A stretch of 64,000 nucleotides of DNA, from assembly GCA_963667015.2 (NCBI GenBank), contig CAXXJJ010000004.1, positions 3,648,001-3,712,000 of the forward strand. The letters run 5' to 3'. Shown one piece after another: positions 1 through 11,445 of this stretch (position 1 is the stretch's first letter; each line of letters starts with the position of its first letter). Under the pieces are notes generated by a model. The model was not told the origin of the DNA, made no database searches, and was given only the letters and a program-made list of their open reading frames with translations. This stretch comes from Desulfatiglandales bacterium (lineage in GTDB: Bacteria; Desulfobacterota; DSM-4660; Desulfatiglandales; HGW-15). The position numbers and the translations under genes were made by a program.

Positions 1-997
1 TTGTAAATCTTCCTGTAATCTGAGCCCTTCCTCCTGCTATCTTTTCATTGATATTTGGAGCTGAATAGACGTTTCCATCAAGGACGATGGCCAGCCGCTC
101 ACCGACATTTTCACCTGTAATCCTCTCAAAAATCCTCGCGCCCTGGCTGTTAAATGTGAGTGACACATTGGGCTCATTATACTGCTGATCAATGCTAACC
201 TTGGCATTGCTGATATACTTACCCGTAAGAACCGCTGTTTTTTTAACCAGAAAAGGGGTTTTGTTTATTGTCCCTGTCTTATCACTCCTAACAGTCTCAT
301 AAAGAAGTTCATCACCCGCCGGGATATTTCCCTTTACTGCCTCATCAACGCTGTTTTTACTGTCAACCAGCTTGAATTCCAGTACGGCAGTCTGTCCTAT
401 AAGGGCCTTTGCCCTGTCAGGATCGCTGATACCCGGAAGCTGCAGCTGTATCCTGTTGTCTTCGAGCGCACGGATATCCGGCTCTGTGACGCCAAACTGA
501 TCGATTCTGTTTGTTATTGTTTCAAGAGCCTGATCAGTGGCCATCTTCATAATCTGGGCTTTTGTATCTTTCTTGAGGACAAGTGTATACCTTACGCCTT
601 TTTCTGCAGGGGCGCCATCCCTGAGCTCATACTCATTGAAACGGGATCTGATCAGATCCTCGAAAGAATCTCTGTGATCCGCGCTCATAATCGTTATATT
701 TATACCATTGATGCCGTCACGTTTAAGCTCGTAGTATCTTATCTTTTCTTCTCTGAGATTTTCCTTGATATCGTCCACTGCTCTCTGAAGGTCGTTTTTT
801 ACTGCCTCCTGAACTTCTACTTCAAGGACAAGATGCATCCCTCCCTGGAGATCCAACCCCAGGTGGACACTTTCTTCCGGAAATGCGCCCGGCCACCACT
901 GTGGCGCTCCGCCCGGCAGTGAAGGAATAAGGTAAAGCAGCGCAATGACTATAAAGATAGCGATTGTTAATCCGCGCCAGCGAAAGTTCTTTGACAC
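1..997 (-). CDS. secD: Protein translocase subunit SecD (3' end runs off the window)
   Basis: Manual translation of minus strand: GTG start at 997 after AAGGGGG; MSKNFRWRGL..., LGLDLQGG motif, ...APNINEKIAGGRAQITGRF; directly downstream of yajC. Confidence 0.93.
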   Translation of the reverse strand, partial: MSKNFRWRGLTIAIFIVIALLYLIPSLPGGAPQWWPGAFPEESVHLGLDLQGGMHLVLEVEVQEAVKNDLQRAVDDIKENLREEKIRYYELKRDGINGINITIMSADHRDSFEDLIRSRFNEYELRDGAPAEKGVRYTLVLKKDTKAQIMKMATDQALETITNRIDQFGVTEPDIRALEDNRIQLQLPGISDPDRAKALIGQTAVLEFKLVDSKNSVDEAVKGNIPAGDELLYETVRSDKTGTINKTPFLVKKTAVLTGKYISNAKVSIDQQYNEPNVSLTFNSQGARIFERITGENVGERLAIVLDGNVYSAPNINEKIAGGRAQITGRFT

Positions 998-1038
998 GAT
1001 TTACGTCCCCCTTTTCTAAATGGCATTAATATTTTTAA

Positions 1039-1353
1039 CTAACTCAGTTTACCGGCAACCGAACCCCTGGATATCTTCACCCTTATCTTTGGGGCTATCT
1101 CCATTGTTATTGCATCATCGGAAAGACCGGTAATAACGCCATGAAGGCCGCCCGAGCTTATTATTTTATCTCCCTTTTTCAGATCATCAAGCATTGCACG
1201 ATGTTCCTTGGCCTTTTTCTGCTGGGGTCTGATAAGCAGAAAATAAAATATGGCAATCAGTGCTAAAGGAAATAACATTGCACTCATGCCTCCTCCCTGT
1301 GCACCTGCTCCTGCCTGACCACCTGCTCCCATGGCGTATGCTACATCTATCAT
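1039..1353 (-). CDS. yajC: Preprotein translocase subunit YajC
   Basis: FYFLLIRPQQKK..LKKGDKI..GGLHG motif; tgt-yajC-secD synteny. Confidence 0.96.
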   Translation of the reverse strand: MIDVAYAMGAGGQAGAGAQGGGMSAMLFPLALIAIFYFLLIRPQQKKAKEHRAMLDDLKKGDKIISSGGLHGVITGLSDDAITMEIAPKIRVKISRGSVAGKLS

Positions 1354-1383
1354 TATACTCCTCCAATCTTCTATTGTTTTGTA

Positions 1384-2487
<1,104 letters not shown>

Positions 2488-2506
2488 TTAATATAATCAT
2501 TCCTTC

Positions 2507-3565
2507 TTAAGTAATCAGCATGGCATCGCCATAGCTGTAAAACCTGTAGGCATTTTTAACGGCATGTTCATATGCCCGTTTTATCAGTTCCCTTCCCCCG
2601 AAAGCTGAAACCAGAAACAGGAGGGACGATTTAGGTAAATGAAAATTTGTAATCAATCCGTCAATGGCCCTGAATGTAAAACCCGGGGTAATTAAAAGCC
2701 CGGTCTTTCCGCTGCCCGGCTCTATCTGTCCTGAAGCCGCAGCCACACTTTCAAGGGTCCTCACGGTTGTTGTGCCTACCGCAATTATCCTTCTCTTTTC
2801 TCTTTTTGCCCTGTCAATCACCCCGGCGGTTTCCGGTGAAATGCTGTAATACTCTTCACCAAGAACATGCTCTCTTATATCATCAACCCTTACAGGTTGA
2901 AATGTTCCGTACCCCACATGGAGGGTTATTCCGGCAATCTCTATTTCGGCCCTCTTTAGTTCTGCTACTGTTTCCTCAGTAAAGTGAAGCCCTGCCGTAG
3001 GGGCCGCAACCGCACCTCTTTTATGAGAAAAGATAGTCTGATATCTTTCCCGGTCAACAGGAGACATATCTTTGCTGTCTCTCTTTATATAGGGCGGCAG
3101 AGGAACCCATCCCTCTTCCTCAAGCAGAAGATCAATGGATAAGGATCCTGTAAACTGTATCTTTGTCAGGCCACCCTCTGCCAGTTCTTCTACTGTACCG
3201 GAAAGACCTTTTTCAAATAAAATCCGACTTCCGACCTTTGGCCTTTTTGAGGACCTGAGAAGACACCACCTTCTGTCAGCCATGGAATCCTGCAGGGATT
3301 CCGGGTGTTCCAGGACCAGGATCTCGGCCCTGCCTCCGCTTTCCTTCATGCCATAGAGCCTGGCAGGCACGACCTTTGTATTATTTATTACAATAAGGTC
3401 TCCTGCCTGAAGGAGCCCGGGGAGATTAAAAAAATTATAATCTGATAATTTTTCCTGTCTTCGGTCTACATGAAGAAGCCGTGACTTGTCCCGTCCTGCA
3501 GCAGGGGTCTGGGCGATCAGGTCTTCGTTTAGATCAAAATCATAATCCTCAATACTGTACATCAA
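2507..3565 (-). CDS. queA: SAM:tRNA ribosyltransferase-isomerase
   Basis: LIAQTP, PLPPYIKR, AAPTAGLHF, TNFHLPKS, YRFYSYGDAM. Confidence 0.98.
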   Translation of the reverse strand: MMYSIEDYDFDLNEDLIAQTPAAGRDKSRLLHVDRRQEKLSDYNFFNLPGLLQAGDLIVINNTKVVPARLYGMKESGGRAEILVLEHPESLQDSMADRRWCLLRSSKRPKVGSRILFEKGLSGTVEELAEGGLTKIQFTGSLSIDLLLEEEGWVPLPPYIKRDSKDMSPVDRERYQTIFSHKRGAVAAPTAGLHFTEETVAELKRAEIEIAGITLHVGYGTFQPVRVDDIREHVLGEEYYSISPETAGVIDRAKREKRRIIAVGTTTVRTLESVAAASGQIEPGSGKTGLLITPGFTFRAIDGLITNFHLPKSSLLFLVSAFGGRELIKRAYEHAVKNAYRFYSYGDAMLIT

Positions 3566-3644
3566 TCGTTGTCCGGATTTTTAGCCTGTCCAATTTTCAT
3601 AAAAGGCGTAACTTATATAAAATATTAAATAAAGTCAAACTATA

Positions 3645-3842
3645 TTAGCGGGACAGGTATGCAAGAAGGAGGCCTGCACACATAGAAAAAAATCCCATCA
3701 CCCTGAGGCTTGAGTCGGGAATTTCCATGATCATCTTCATCCAGTTTTTCATCTTGTCCGGAAATACAAAATATGGAAGACCTTCAACAATAAGTATTAG
3801 ACCAATAAGACATATAAAAAGTTTCATATTTTCATCTTTCAA
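3645..3842 (-). CDS. Small membrane protein, DUF2065 family (start possibly 3827)
   Basis: GLILIVEGLPYFVFP..LRVMG pattern with two hydrophobic helices. Confidence 0.8.
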   Translation of the reverse strand: MKDENMKLFICLIGLILIVEGLPYFVFPDKMKNWMKMIMEIPDSSLRVMGFFSMCAGLLLAYLSR

Positions 3843-4156
3843 AAAAGAGTTGTTTTAATTGTCCGCTTATTCTGAATGGATAATGATATTGGCACTCTAT
3901 CCGGCTGTCAATATGCTGCGTTTATATATATAATCCTTGATATAGGACGGCATATCATATATCTATTATTTTACCCTGTTTGGGTTTCATATTATTATTT
4001 GACATATCCGTCTATTAATTGGATAACCGCTTGCCTGGCGGATTTTTTATTGCGAAGCGCAAGGTCTCATACTTCGCTGCTTGCGGCAGGGCAGTTCATA
4101 TTCAGGCATAATTTGAGAATAACCGGGTAAAACATAAAAGTAATAAGAGAAGTGGT

Positions 4157-5275
4157 ATGGTAATATCGCCGAATAAACTCACGATTGACCTCGAGTCCCT
4201 TGGCTTTAATCTGGAACAGATAAGAAACTGCACAGAAAAAGATACCAAAATAATGGGGATTGTAAAATCGGATGCCTATGGCCACGGCCTTGTTCCGGTT
4301 TCAAAAACTCTTGAAAAAAAAGGGGTTTACTGTCTTGGCGTTTCTTTTATTGAGGAAGCCCTTGAACTGAGAAAAGCAGGTATAAAAATACCAATAGTCA
4401 TCCTCTGTGGTATAGAAACGGATGAGGAAGCTGAGGCTGTAATAGAAAATGCCCTTACACCGGTTATCTTTGATTCAGGGGCAGCAGAAAAGCTTGAAAA
4501 TATTGGCAGGGCAAAGAACAAAAAAGTAAAGATACACGTAAAGATAGATACAGGAATGGGACGCCTTGGAATCGACTGTAATGAGACAGCCGGTTTTCTT
4601 CAGAATTTAAGGAGGTCATCTTTTCTTGAAATCGAGGCACTGATGTCTCACCTTTCTTCTGCGGATGAAGAAGACAGGGAGTTTACACAGGGCCAGATAT
4701 TAAAATTTATTAAAATAGTCACTGAAGCCAGGCGACTGGGAATGGACCTGAATCTCAACCATCTCGCAAACAGCGCCGGCACCGTGGCATATAAAAGTTC
4801 TCACTTTGATATGATACGCCCCGGTATCATGCTTTACGGCGGATTGCCCTGTCCTGGATTTAAGACCGATGTAAAACTTCGGCCGGTAATGGGTCTGAAG
4901 AGCCACATATTGCAGATCCGGGATTTTGAGGATAAAACGCCGGTCAGTTATGGAAGAACCTATTATACTGACGGGGCAAAAAAAATAGCAATTGTCTCCG
5001 CCGGATATGCAGACGGCATCCCAAGATGTTTATCCAACAGAGGGAAGGTTCTTGTGGGGGGAAAAACCTGTAATATTACAGGTAATATATGCATGAACAT
5101 GCTTGCCTGCGATATAACAGGTATCGACAATATAACGGCTGGCGATGAATGTATAATCATGGGCACTCAGGGCCGGGAGGCTATAACCGGTGATGATATT
5201 GCCGGCTTGTGCAGCACAATCTCATATGAGATATTTTTATCAATGGGATGCAGCCTTAAGAGGGAATATATTTAA
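4157..5275 (+). CDS. alr: Alanine racemase
   Basis: VKSDAYGHG PLP-lysine motif, HVKIDTGMGRLG, RPGIMLYG, GYADG. Confidence 0.97.
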   Translation: MVISPNKLTIDLESLGFNLEQIRNCTEKDTKIMGIVKSDAYGHGLVPVSKTLEKKGVYCLGVSFIEEALELRKAGIKIPIVILCGIETDEEAEAVIENALTPVIFDSGAAEKLENIGRAKNKKVKIHVKIDTGMGRLGIDCNETAGFLQNLRRSSFLEIEALMSHLSSADEEDREFTQGQILKFIKIVTEARRLGMDLNLNHLANSAGTVAYKSSHFDMIRPGIMLYGGLPCPGFKTDVKLRPVMGLKSHILQIRDFEDKTPVSYGRTYYTDGAKKIAIVSAGYADGIPRCLSNRGKVLVGGKTCNITGNICMNMLACDITGIDNITAGDECIIMGTQGREAITGDDIAGLCSTISYEIFLSMGCSLKREYI

Positions 5276-5305
5276 TCCCGTAAAATATGAATCAGGAAAT
5301 GTAAC

Positions 5306-6985
5306 ATGAAGGAAAAACTAAACGATTTACTCAAAAACACAATCGATTACTGCTTTCAGCAGGAACAGCTAAAGGAAACCCCTCTGCCTGATTATGTGAT
5401 AGAGGTTCCGAACAACAGGGACCATGGCCACCTGGCTACCAACCTGCCAATGCTCCTGGCCTCCTCACAGAAGAGGGCTCCAAGGGATATAGCAAAGGTA
5501 ATCGTAGAAAATTTTAAGGACCCGGAAGGCTTTCTGGAAAAAATCGAGATCGCCGGGCCCGGTTTTATAAACTTCACAATCAGCTCTATTGAATGGTTAA
5601 AAATCCTCAAGGACATTATAGAACTCAATGAAAAGTACGGCAGCACCGCCTCAAAAAGGGGAGAAAGCGTGCTTGTTGAATTTGTCAGCGCAAACCCTAC
5701 AGGTCCGCTCCACCTTGGTCACGGGAGGGGCGCTGCTCTGGGAGATACTATCTGCCGGATTCTTGACTTCAGGGGTTATGATGTTGTCAGGGAATTTTAT
5801 ATCAATGATGCCGGTGTGCAGATCAGGCTGCTTGGAGAATCAATATATGCAAGATGGCTGCAGATGAAGAACCCGGACCACCTCTTTCCTGAAAACGGGT
5901 ATCATGGCGATTACATCCTTGATCTTGCAAAGGAAATCGCGGTTGAAAAGGATCTCTCTTCAATGGATGAAGAAACCGCAATAAGCACATGCTCGGAGAT
6001 TGGAAAGGAAAAGATGCTCCTGGAGATTAAAAAGGATCTCGAGCAGTTCCGTGTTGATTTTGATATCTGGTTTAATGAATCCGAACTTTTTGAAAAGGGC
6101 CTTGTTGCCAAATCCCTGGAAGAAATGAAAGAGAAGGATGAGCTCTATGAAAAGGACGGTGCATTATGGATAAAAACAGCCAGTTACGGTGATGACAAGG
6201 ACAGGGTTATCAAAAAGCAGGACGGGCAGTTCACCTATTTTGCATCTGATATATCCTATCATCTTGATAAACATAAAAGGGGATTTTCCAGGGCACTTAA
6301 TCTGTGGGGAGCTGACCATCACGGATATATAAACAGGGTAAAATCAGCCCTTAAGGCTAATGACATTGACGGGAACTGGCTGTCTGTTCTTCTTATCCAG
6401 CTTGTAAAACTCTTTAAAGAGGGCCAGGAAATAAGGATGTCAAAGAGGGCCGGTCAGTATGTAACCATGAAGGACCTGCTGGAAGAGGTTGATGTTGATG
6501 CAGCAAGGTTTGTATTTTTGACTAAAACCCATGACTCTGCCCTTGATTTTGACATAGACATGGTAAAAAAACATGACAACGATAATCCTGTTTACTATGT
6601 CCAGTATGCACACGCAAGGATATGCAGTATCTTCAGGAAGGCTGAAGATGAAGGCATTGATATCGCACTGAATATTGACGAAAATGATTTAACCGGGCTG
6701 AAACTTGATGAAGAGGTGGACCTGATCAGGTACCTTGAAGGTTTTACAGAGCTCCTTGACAGCATCTGCAAATCCTTTGAGGCCCACAGGCTGACCTATT
6801 ACCTGACTGACCTTGCGGCGCGTTTTCACAGGTATTTTAATCTTGGAATCAAGGATGGAGGCAACCGTATCATTACCGAGGACCTCCACCTGACAAAGGC
6901 AAGACTTGCACTTGTCGCAGGAGTAAAAACAGTCATAAGAAACGGATTAAACCTTCTGGGAGTAAGTGCTCCGGAAAAGATGTAA
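5306..6985 (+). CDS. argS: Arginine--tRNA ligase
   Basis: EFVSANPTGPLHLGHGR (HIGH), MSKRAG, YVQYAHARI, APEKM C-terminus. Confidence 0.98.
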   Translation: MKEKLNDLLKNTIDYCFQQEQLKETPLPDYVIEVPNNRDHGHLATNLPMLLASSQKRAPRDIAKVIVENFKDPEGFLEKIEIAGPGFINFTISSIEWLKILKDIIELNEKYGSTASKRGESVLVEFVSANPTGPLHLGHGRGAALGDTICRILDFRGYDVVREFYINDAGVQIRLLGESIYARWLQMKNPDHLFPENGYHGDYILDLAKEIAVEKDLSSMDEETAISTCSEIGKEKMLLEIKKDLEQFRVDFDIWFNESELFEKGLVAKSLEEMKEKDELYEKDGALWIKTASYGDDKDRVIKKQDGQFTYFASDISYHLDKHKRGFSRALNLWGADHHGYINRVKSALKANDIDGNWLSVLLIQLVKLFKEGQEIRMSKRAGQYVTMKDLLEEVDVDAARFVFLTKTHDSALDFDIDMVKKHDNDNPVYYVQYAHARICSIFRKAEDEGIDIALNIDENDLTGLKLDEEVDLIRYLEGFTELLDSICKSFEAHRLTYYLTDLAARFHRYFNLGIKDGGNRIITEDLHLTKARLALVAGVKTVIRNGLNLLGVSAPEKM

Positions 6986-6994
6986 CCTGATAAA

Positions 6995-7651
6995 ATGGCA
7001 AAAAAAAAACAGAGTAAAAAATCTCAAAAAATAAAGATTGAACTGACTCCTTTTTCAATATTTCTGTGGAGTCTTTTTCTGCTTTTTCTGCTGGCCTGGG
7101 TCTTTGTACTGGGAATCCTCGCAGGAAGGGGTTTGCTGCCCGGGACTATGCCCAATCCCTTAAAAAAACTTAAGCAGACGATAAACCAGAAGGAAGAGTA
7201 TGAATATAAAGAGCCGAAAAAAGATCCTGCATTTGTTTTTTATGACAATCTTGAGAGCAAAAAGAATGAAGTAAAAAGGAGAAGCATTCCTCCAAGGGAG
7301 AAAGAATCATCTCAGAAGATTACGCTTTCAAGGGATGAGGAGGCACCTGTACCCGAAAAACCGAAATCCGGAGAAATAAGTGAGGATAAACCCTTGCCGG
7401 CAACTCAACTTCAGGATTTCTTTTCTGTGCAGATAGCCTCAGTAAGTGACTCGGGAAGGGCCGAAACCCTTGTAAAAGAACTTGTTGATCAGGATTATGA
7501 TGCGTATTATTATAGCGCTACAGTGAATGGGAAAAAAACATACAGGATAATGTGCGGAAGGTTTTCCAGGCGCAGTGAAGCGGTTATGTGTCTTAACAAA
7601 TTAAAAAGAGATACCGGCTATAAGGGTTTTATTGTAAAGGTTGACAAATAG
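6995..7651 (+). CDS. SPOR-domain membrane-anchored cell division protein (FtsN-like)
   Basis: Single N-terminal TM, charged linker, C-terminal FSVQIAS...YRIMCGRF SPOR pattern; argS-SPOR synteny. Confidence 0.85.
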   Translation: MAKKKQSKKSQKIKIELTPFSIFLWSLFLLFLLAWVFVLGILAGRGLLPGTMPNPLKKLKQTINQKEEYEYKEPKKDPAFVFYDNLESKKNEVKRRSIPPREKESSQKITLSRDEEAPVPEKPKSGEISEDKPLPATQLQDFFSVQIASVSDSGRAETLVKELVDQDYDAYYYSATVNGKKTYRIMCGRFSRRSEAVMCLNKLKRDTGYKGFIVKVDK

Positions 7652-7652
7652 T

Positions 7653-8105
7653 ATGTTAAAAAAACCGGTCGTAGGTGAAGTCATACAGATTCAGCGGCTC
7701 CTCAATCATTTTGGAGACAGAGGTGTCTTGCTGCCAAGATCCCTCAGTGAACTGTATGAGCACCTGAGGGACTTTTATGTTATTTCTGATGATGAGGAAA
7801 ATATCATTGCGATCTGTGCCCTTGGCTTGTGCTGGGAAGAACTTGCAGAGATAAGGTCCCTGGCGGTGGCTGAAAAACACCAGGGACAGCATTACGGCAT
7901 CATGCTTGTTGAAAGATGCATTGAAGAAGCCAAAACCCTTGGTCTTAAAAAAATATTTACACTCACTTATGTACCGGAGTATTTTAAAAAACTGGGATTC
8001 AGCATTGTTGACAAGTCCGAACTGCCCCATAAGGTATGGTCAGACTGTCTGAAATGTCCGAAATTCCCCGATTGTGATGAAACGGCATTAATTAAGGAAA
8101 TATAA
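7653..8105 (+). CDS. GNAT N-acetyltransferase (short ArgA-like)
   Basis: LLPRSLSELYE, AEIRSLAV, LPHKVWSDCLKCPKFPDCDE; ATG at 7653 preferred as start. Confidence 0.88.
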   Translation: MLKKPVVGEVIQIQRLLNHFGDRGVLLPRSLSELYEHLRDFYVISDDEENIIAICALGLCWEELAEIRSLAVAEKHQGQHYGIMLVERCIEEAKTLGLKKIFTLTYVPEYFKKLGFSIVDKSELPHKVWSDCLKCPKFPDCDETALIKEI

Positions 8106-8128
8106 CACTTTAAAAAAAGAGGTTTATT

Positions 8129-8491
8129 ATGTTCGGCATTGGACTGCCAGAATTGATAGTCATAATGGTCATAGCCCTGGTTGTAATAGGACCCAGCAAA
8201 TTACCGGATCTGGCAAGAGCACTTGGCAAAGGGCTCGCTGAGTTTAAGAAGGCGTCACAGGAAATAAAGGACAGCTTTAACCTGGACGAAGAACTCAGCA
8301 CTATCAAGAACGACACGATCGACACAATAAATGATTTTAAGGACTCCCTGGAAGATACAGATGAAGACGAGGATGATGATTCAGAACCCACTCCCGCTGA
8401 AGAAGAGATGACGTCTGCTGAGGATATAGATGAGACAGATGACTCTGAGGTTTCTGATAAAGAAAAAAAGGAGACCCCTGCAGATGAATGA
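8129..8491 (+). CDS. Twin-arginine translocase TatA/TatB subunit
   Basis: [23 protein letters not shown]; acidic tail; precedes tatC. Confidence 0.92.
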   Translation: MFGIGLPELIVIMVIALVVIGPSKLPDLARALGKGLAEFKKASQEIKDSFNLDEELSTIKNDTIDTINDFKDSLEDTDEDEDDDSEPTPAEEEMTSAEDIDETDDSEVSDKEKKETPADE

Positions 8492-9239
8492 TGAAGCAAA
8501 GCAGCCCTTCATGAGCCACCTTGAAGAACTTCGGAAAAGGCTTATCAACTCCTTTATTGCTGTCGGCGTCGCATTTTGCGGTGCCTTTTATTTCGCTGAC
8601 GATCTGTTTGATATTTTAATGAGGCCTCTGACAAACGCAATGGCTGAAGGACAGACCCTTATTTTTACTGGCCTGACGGAAAAGTTTTTCACAAACCTAA
8701 AAACAGCATTGGTCGCCGGAATCCTCATTGCCTCGCCGGTATTATTTCTCCAGGCATGGAAATTTATAGCACCGGGCCTGTATCAGAATGAAAAAAAATA
8801 TGTCATCCCCTTTGTAATCTCCTCGACAATTCTTTTTGTAGGCGGGGCACTGTTCGGATATTTTATTGTTTTCCCCTATGGATTCCAGTTTTTTCTTGGA
8901 TTCGAGACCGAGACCATAAGGGCGATGCCTTCAGTAAAGGAATATTTCTCCCTTGCGACAAGGCTGCTCCTTGCATTCGGCCTTGTGTTTGAATTGCCAG
9001 TTGTGATGTTTTTCCTGTCAAAGATGGGCGTTGTAACAGTTCCTTTTTTGAAGAAGAATCGTAAATACGCCATTCTTTTGAGTTTTGTCCTGGCTGCCAT
9101 ACTAACTCCGCCGGATCCTACAACCCAGTGTATGATGGCCGTACCGTTAATAGTTTTATATGAGATAGGCATTTTTGTTGCCCGATTCGCCAGGCCGGAT
9201 AAAAAGGAACAGGAAGCCGAGGAAGATAACGAAGAATAA
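8484..9239 (+). CDS. tatC: Twin-arginine translocase TatC
   Basis: [28 protein letters not shown] at 8484 overlaps the tatA/B 3' end. Confidence 0.96.
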   Translation: MNDEAKQPFMSHLEELRKRLINSFIAVGVAFCGAFYFADDLFDILMRPLTNAMAEGQTLIFTGLTEKFFTNLKTALVAGILIASPVLFLQAWKFIAPGLYQNEKKYVIPFVISSTILFVGGALFGYFIVFPYGFQFFLGFETETIRAMPSVKEYFSLATRLLLAFGLVFELPVVMFFLSKMGVVTVPFLKKNRKYAILLSFVLAAILTPPDPTTQCMMAVPLIVLYEIGIFVARFARPDKKEQEAEEDNEE

Positions 9240-9299
9240 CAGGCACAAGCGAGGCAGCATAAATAACAATCGATAATTTGACCTTGTGCTTCTTAAAAA

Positions 9300-9344
9300 A
9301 AACAAATCTCCATCCATGACTGCCTCATGGATGGAGATTTGTTT
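9300..9344. terminator. Perfect 20-bp inverted repeat between convergent tatC and lipoprotein genes; probable bidirectional terminator
   Basis: AAACAAATCTCCATCCATGA-ctgcc-TCATGGATGGAGATTTGTTT. Confidence 0.8.
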
Positions 9345-9366
9345 ATAAACCAATTACTTATATTTT

Positions 9367-11445
9367 TTACTGCAAAACATGCAGCCTTCTGCCGTGAACG
9401 GTAAGGAGCAAAGGAGATTTTTCAACTTCGCCCCGATCATCAAATGATACATTCCCGGTTACACCTTCATATTCATTATAGCCTAAAAGGGCCTGTTGAA
9501 AATCCGAGCGGGTATTGATTTCACCATCCTGCATCAATTTCTTAATCATCTTTATGGTGTCAAATCCTGTTGCAGCCAGCATTCCCGGGTCTACCCCATA
9601 GGCATCCCTGTAAAGACGAACAAAATCTCTAACAATTTCCGAATCACTGTTAATATAAAAACCAACCGGGAACATGGCACCCTGGATATAATCGGATGTT
9701 GAGCTTATCAATTCATCTGACAGCCACAGGCTCGTCCCGAGAAAAGGCACATTAAATACATTATTAAAAGGGAATTGAGGAGCAATCTGGGCAATATTCT
9801 GGCTGTTATCCGGAATAAATACGGCATCAAAATCTACTATGGGGTCAGTCATCGCCTCTTCTTCTATTACTGCTAAATCATCCGGGTTTTCCGGATCAAG
9901 GGTTCTAACTGACTGCCCTTCAACTGATTCATCAGCAAAAGACATCATATCCTTTTCACCAACCTCTTTGGTTACAGGTGTAGAAATGAAGTTTTCAGGA
10001 AAATCGCTGCTCTCTTCTGCCAGCATATCTGAGAGTTCTTCCACAGGCTCCATATCCGGATTTTCAGGGTCCACGGGCAGCTCTCCGGTAATATCAAATA
10101 TCTTTTTAGCTTTCAGCCTCTCAAATACGGATTCGGGCCGGGGATAAAAGAGCCCCACCATTTTTTTTATGCCATCTGCAAAATCAGTGTCTCCGGATTT
10201 ATAGGATTCAACCGCAGTAATTTCTCCACCCATCTCTTCAATCCGGTCCCAGAAGAGATTCATAAAAAAATACCCATAGGAGGTCTCAGGGTAAAATATC
10301 CCGAACCGTGACATACCCATTTCATTTATGGCCCTGCTGAGAAGAACATCCAGCTCTCTGGAAGGGGTTAAATAGTTTCGAAACACCATATCCCCTTCGT
10401 CTGTAATATCCTGTTTCTGGGTAAGGGTTATAATGGGAACACCATATTCCTGGGCCTTTTTTGCAGCCGCCACGGATGCCGAACTGGAAAGGGGACCGAT
10501 AATTGCTATTACCTTTTCATCAAAAATAAGCTCATCAATAACCGCAAGTGTTTCTTCGGATGAATAGTTTGTATTTTTTATAACCAGTTCAAGATGAGCA
10601 TCCGGATTTGAGTTATTGAAAAGATCCATTCCCAGCTCTATGCCCTTTAACAGTTCTTCACCGTATAATGAAGCCGGTCCCTGCAATGGCAGGAGACAGC
10701 CGATAGTTCTCCTGTTAATGTCGCTGGTTTCATCAATCTTTTTATTAATCCGGGATATTAACTCATGGCCTTTTGCTATAAATTCAGGCTGTTCATTTAT
10801 TTCTGCTGATTGAATAACCTGCCTCGCAAACCTTTTGGCTTCGAGGTAGGCCCCCTTTTCAAGGGCCAGTTCAGACTGCCTGAGGGATATGGAGGGAAGA
10901 AACGGGTCTATGCCGTCAAGCTGCCTTATTTTTTCCAGTTCTTCTTCATCACACTGGCCTATCACATCGATAATATTACCTGATATCATATCCTGGATGC
11001 GTTCGGGTATACCGGAAATCTTTGCGGTTTTCAGAGATACATTCATCCAGAAACAGGCGTCATACATGAGACCGGATGCCCTGCTGGCGTCACCTGCCAG
11101 TTTCTGGACATTGTACTGTTCAGGGCTGTCAGGAAACTCCTTCATCCAGTCTGTTGCCAGGCTAATCGATTTTTTATAGTCGCCAACATAGTAATAGCAA
11201 AATGCCTGATAATATCTGATCATCTGAATCTCAGGATGATCAGGTTCTGCCTTTAATATCCCGTTAAAAGTCCTGAGCGCCGAGTCATATCTTCCTGCAT
11301 CATAGTCTGCGACAGCATCGGAATACCCTGTTAAAGGACTTCCCTGCCTCATCAACTGCCCGCCCTGGCAGGAAAAAAAGAGAAAGGCCATTCCCACCAC
11401 AAGGGTGAGAACAGCCTTTTTTATAAAAGGATTTTTATGATCCAC
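9367..11445 (-). CDS. TPR + periplasmic-binding-fold lipoprotein (LpoA/LppC-like PBP activator)
   Basis: Lipobox-like FFSC, TPR helices, IGCLLPLQG and IIGPL type-1 PBP motifs, GVTGNVSFD; GTG start overlaps dnaK stop (TAGTG). Confidence 0.8.
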   Translation of the reverse strand: MDHKNPFIKKAVLTLVVGMAFLFFSCQGGQLMRQGSPLTGYSDAVADYDAGRYDSALRTFNGILKAEPDHPEIQMIRYYQAFCYYYVGDYKKSISLATDWMKEFPDSPEQYNVQKLAGDASRASGLMYDACFWMNVSLKTAKISGIPERIQDMISGNIIDVIGQCDEEELEKIRQLDGIDPFLPSISLRQSELALEKGAYLEAKRFARQVIQSAEINEQPEFIAKGHELISRINKKIDETSDINRRTIGCLLPLQGPASLYGEELLKGIELGMDLFNNSNPDAHLELVIKNTNYSSEETLAVIDELIFDEKVIAIIGPLSSSASVAAAKKAQEYGVPIITLTQKQDITDEGDMVFRNYLTPSRELDVLLSRAINEMGMSRFGIFYPETSYGYFFMNLFWDRIEEMGGEITAVESYKSGDTDFADGIKKMVGLFYPRPESVFERLKAKKIFDITGELPVDPENPDMEPVEELSDMLAEESSDFPENFISTPVTKEVGEKDMMSFADESVEGQSVRTLDPENPDDLAVIEEEAMTDPIVDFDAVFIPDNSQNIAQIAPQFPFNNVFNVPFLGTSLWLSDELISSTSDYIQGAMFPVGFYINSDSEIVRDFVRLYRDAYGVDPGMLAATGFDTIKMIKKLMQDGEINTRSDFQQALLGYNEYEGVTGNVSFDDRGEVEKSPLLLTVHGRRLHVLQ

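Noticed and set aside
4020..4100. GC-rich patch upstream of alr as a possible riboswitch
   Set aside because: Only short imperfect stems; no recognisable riboswitch consensus
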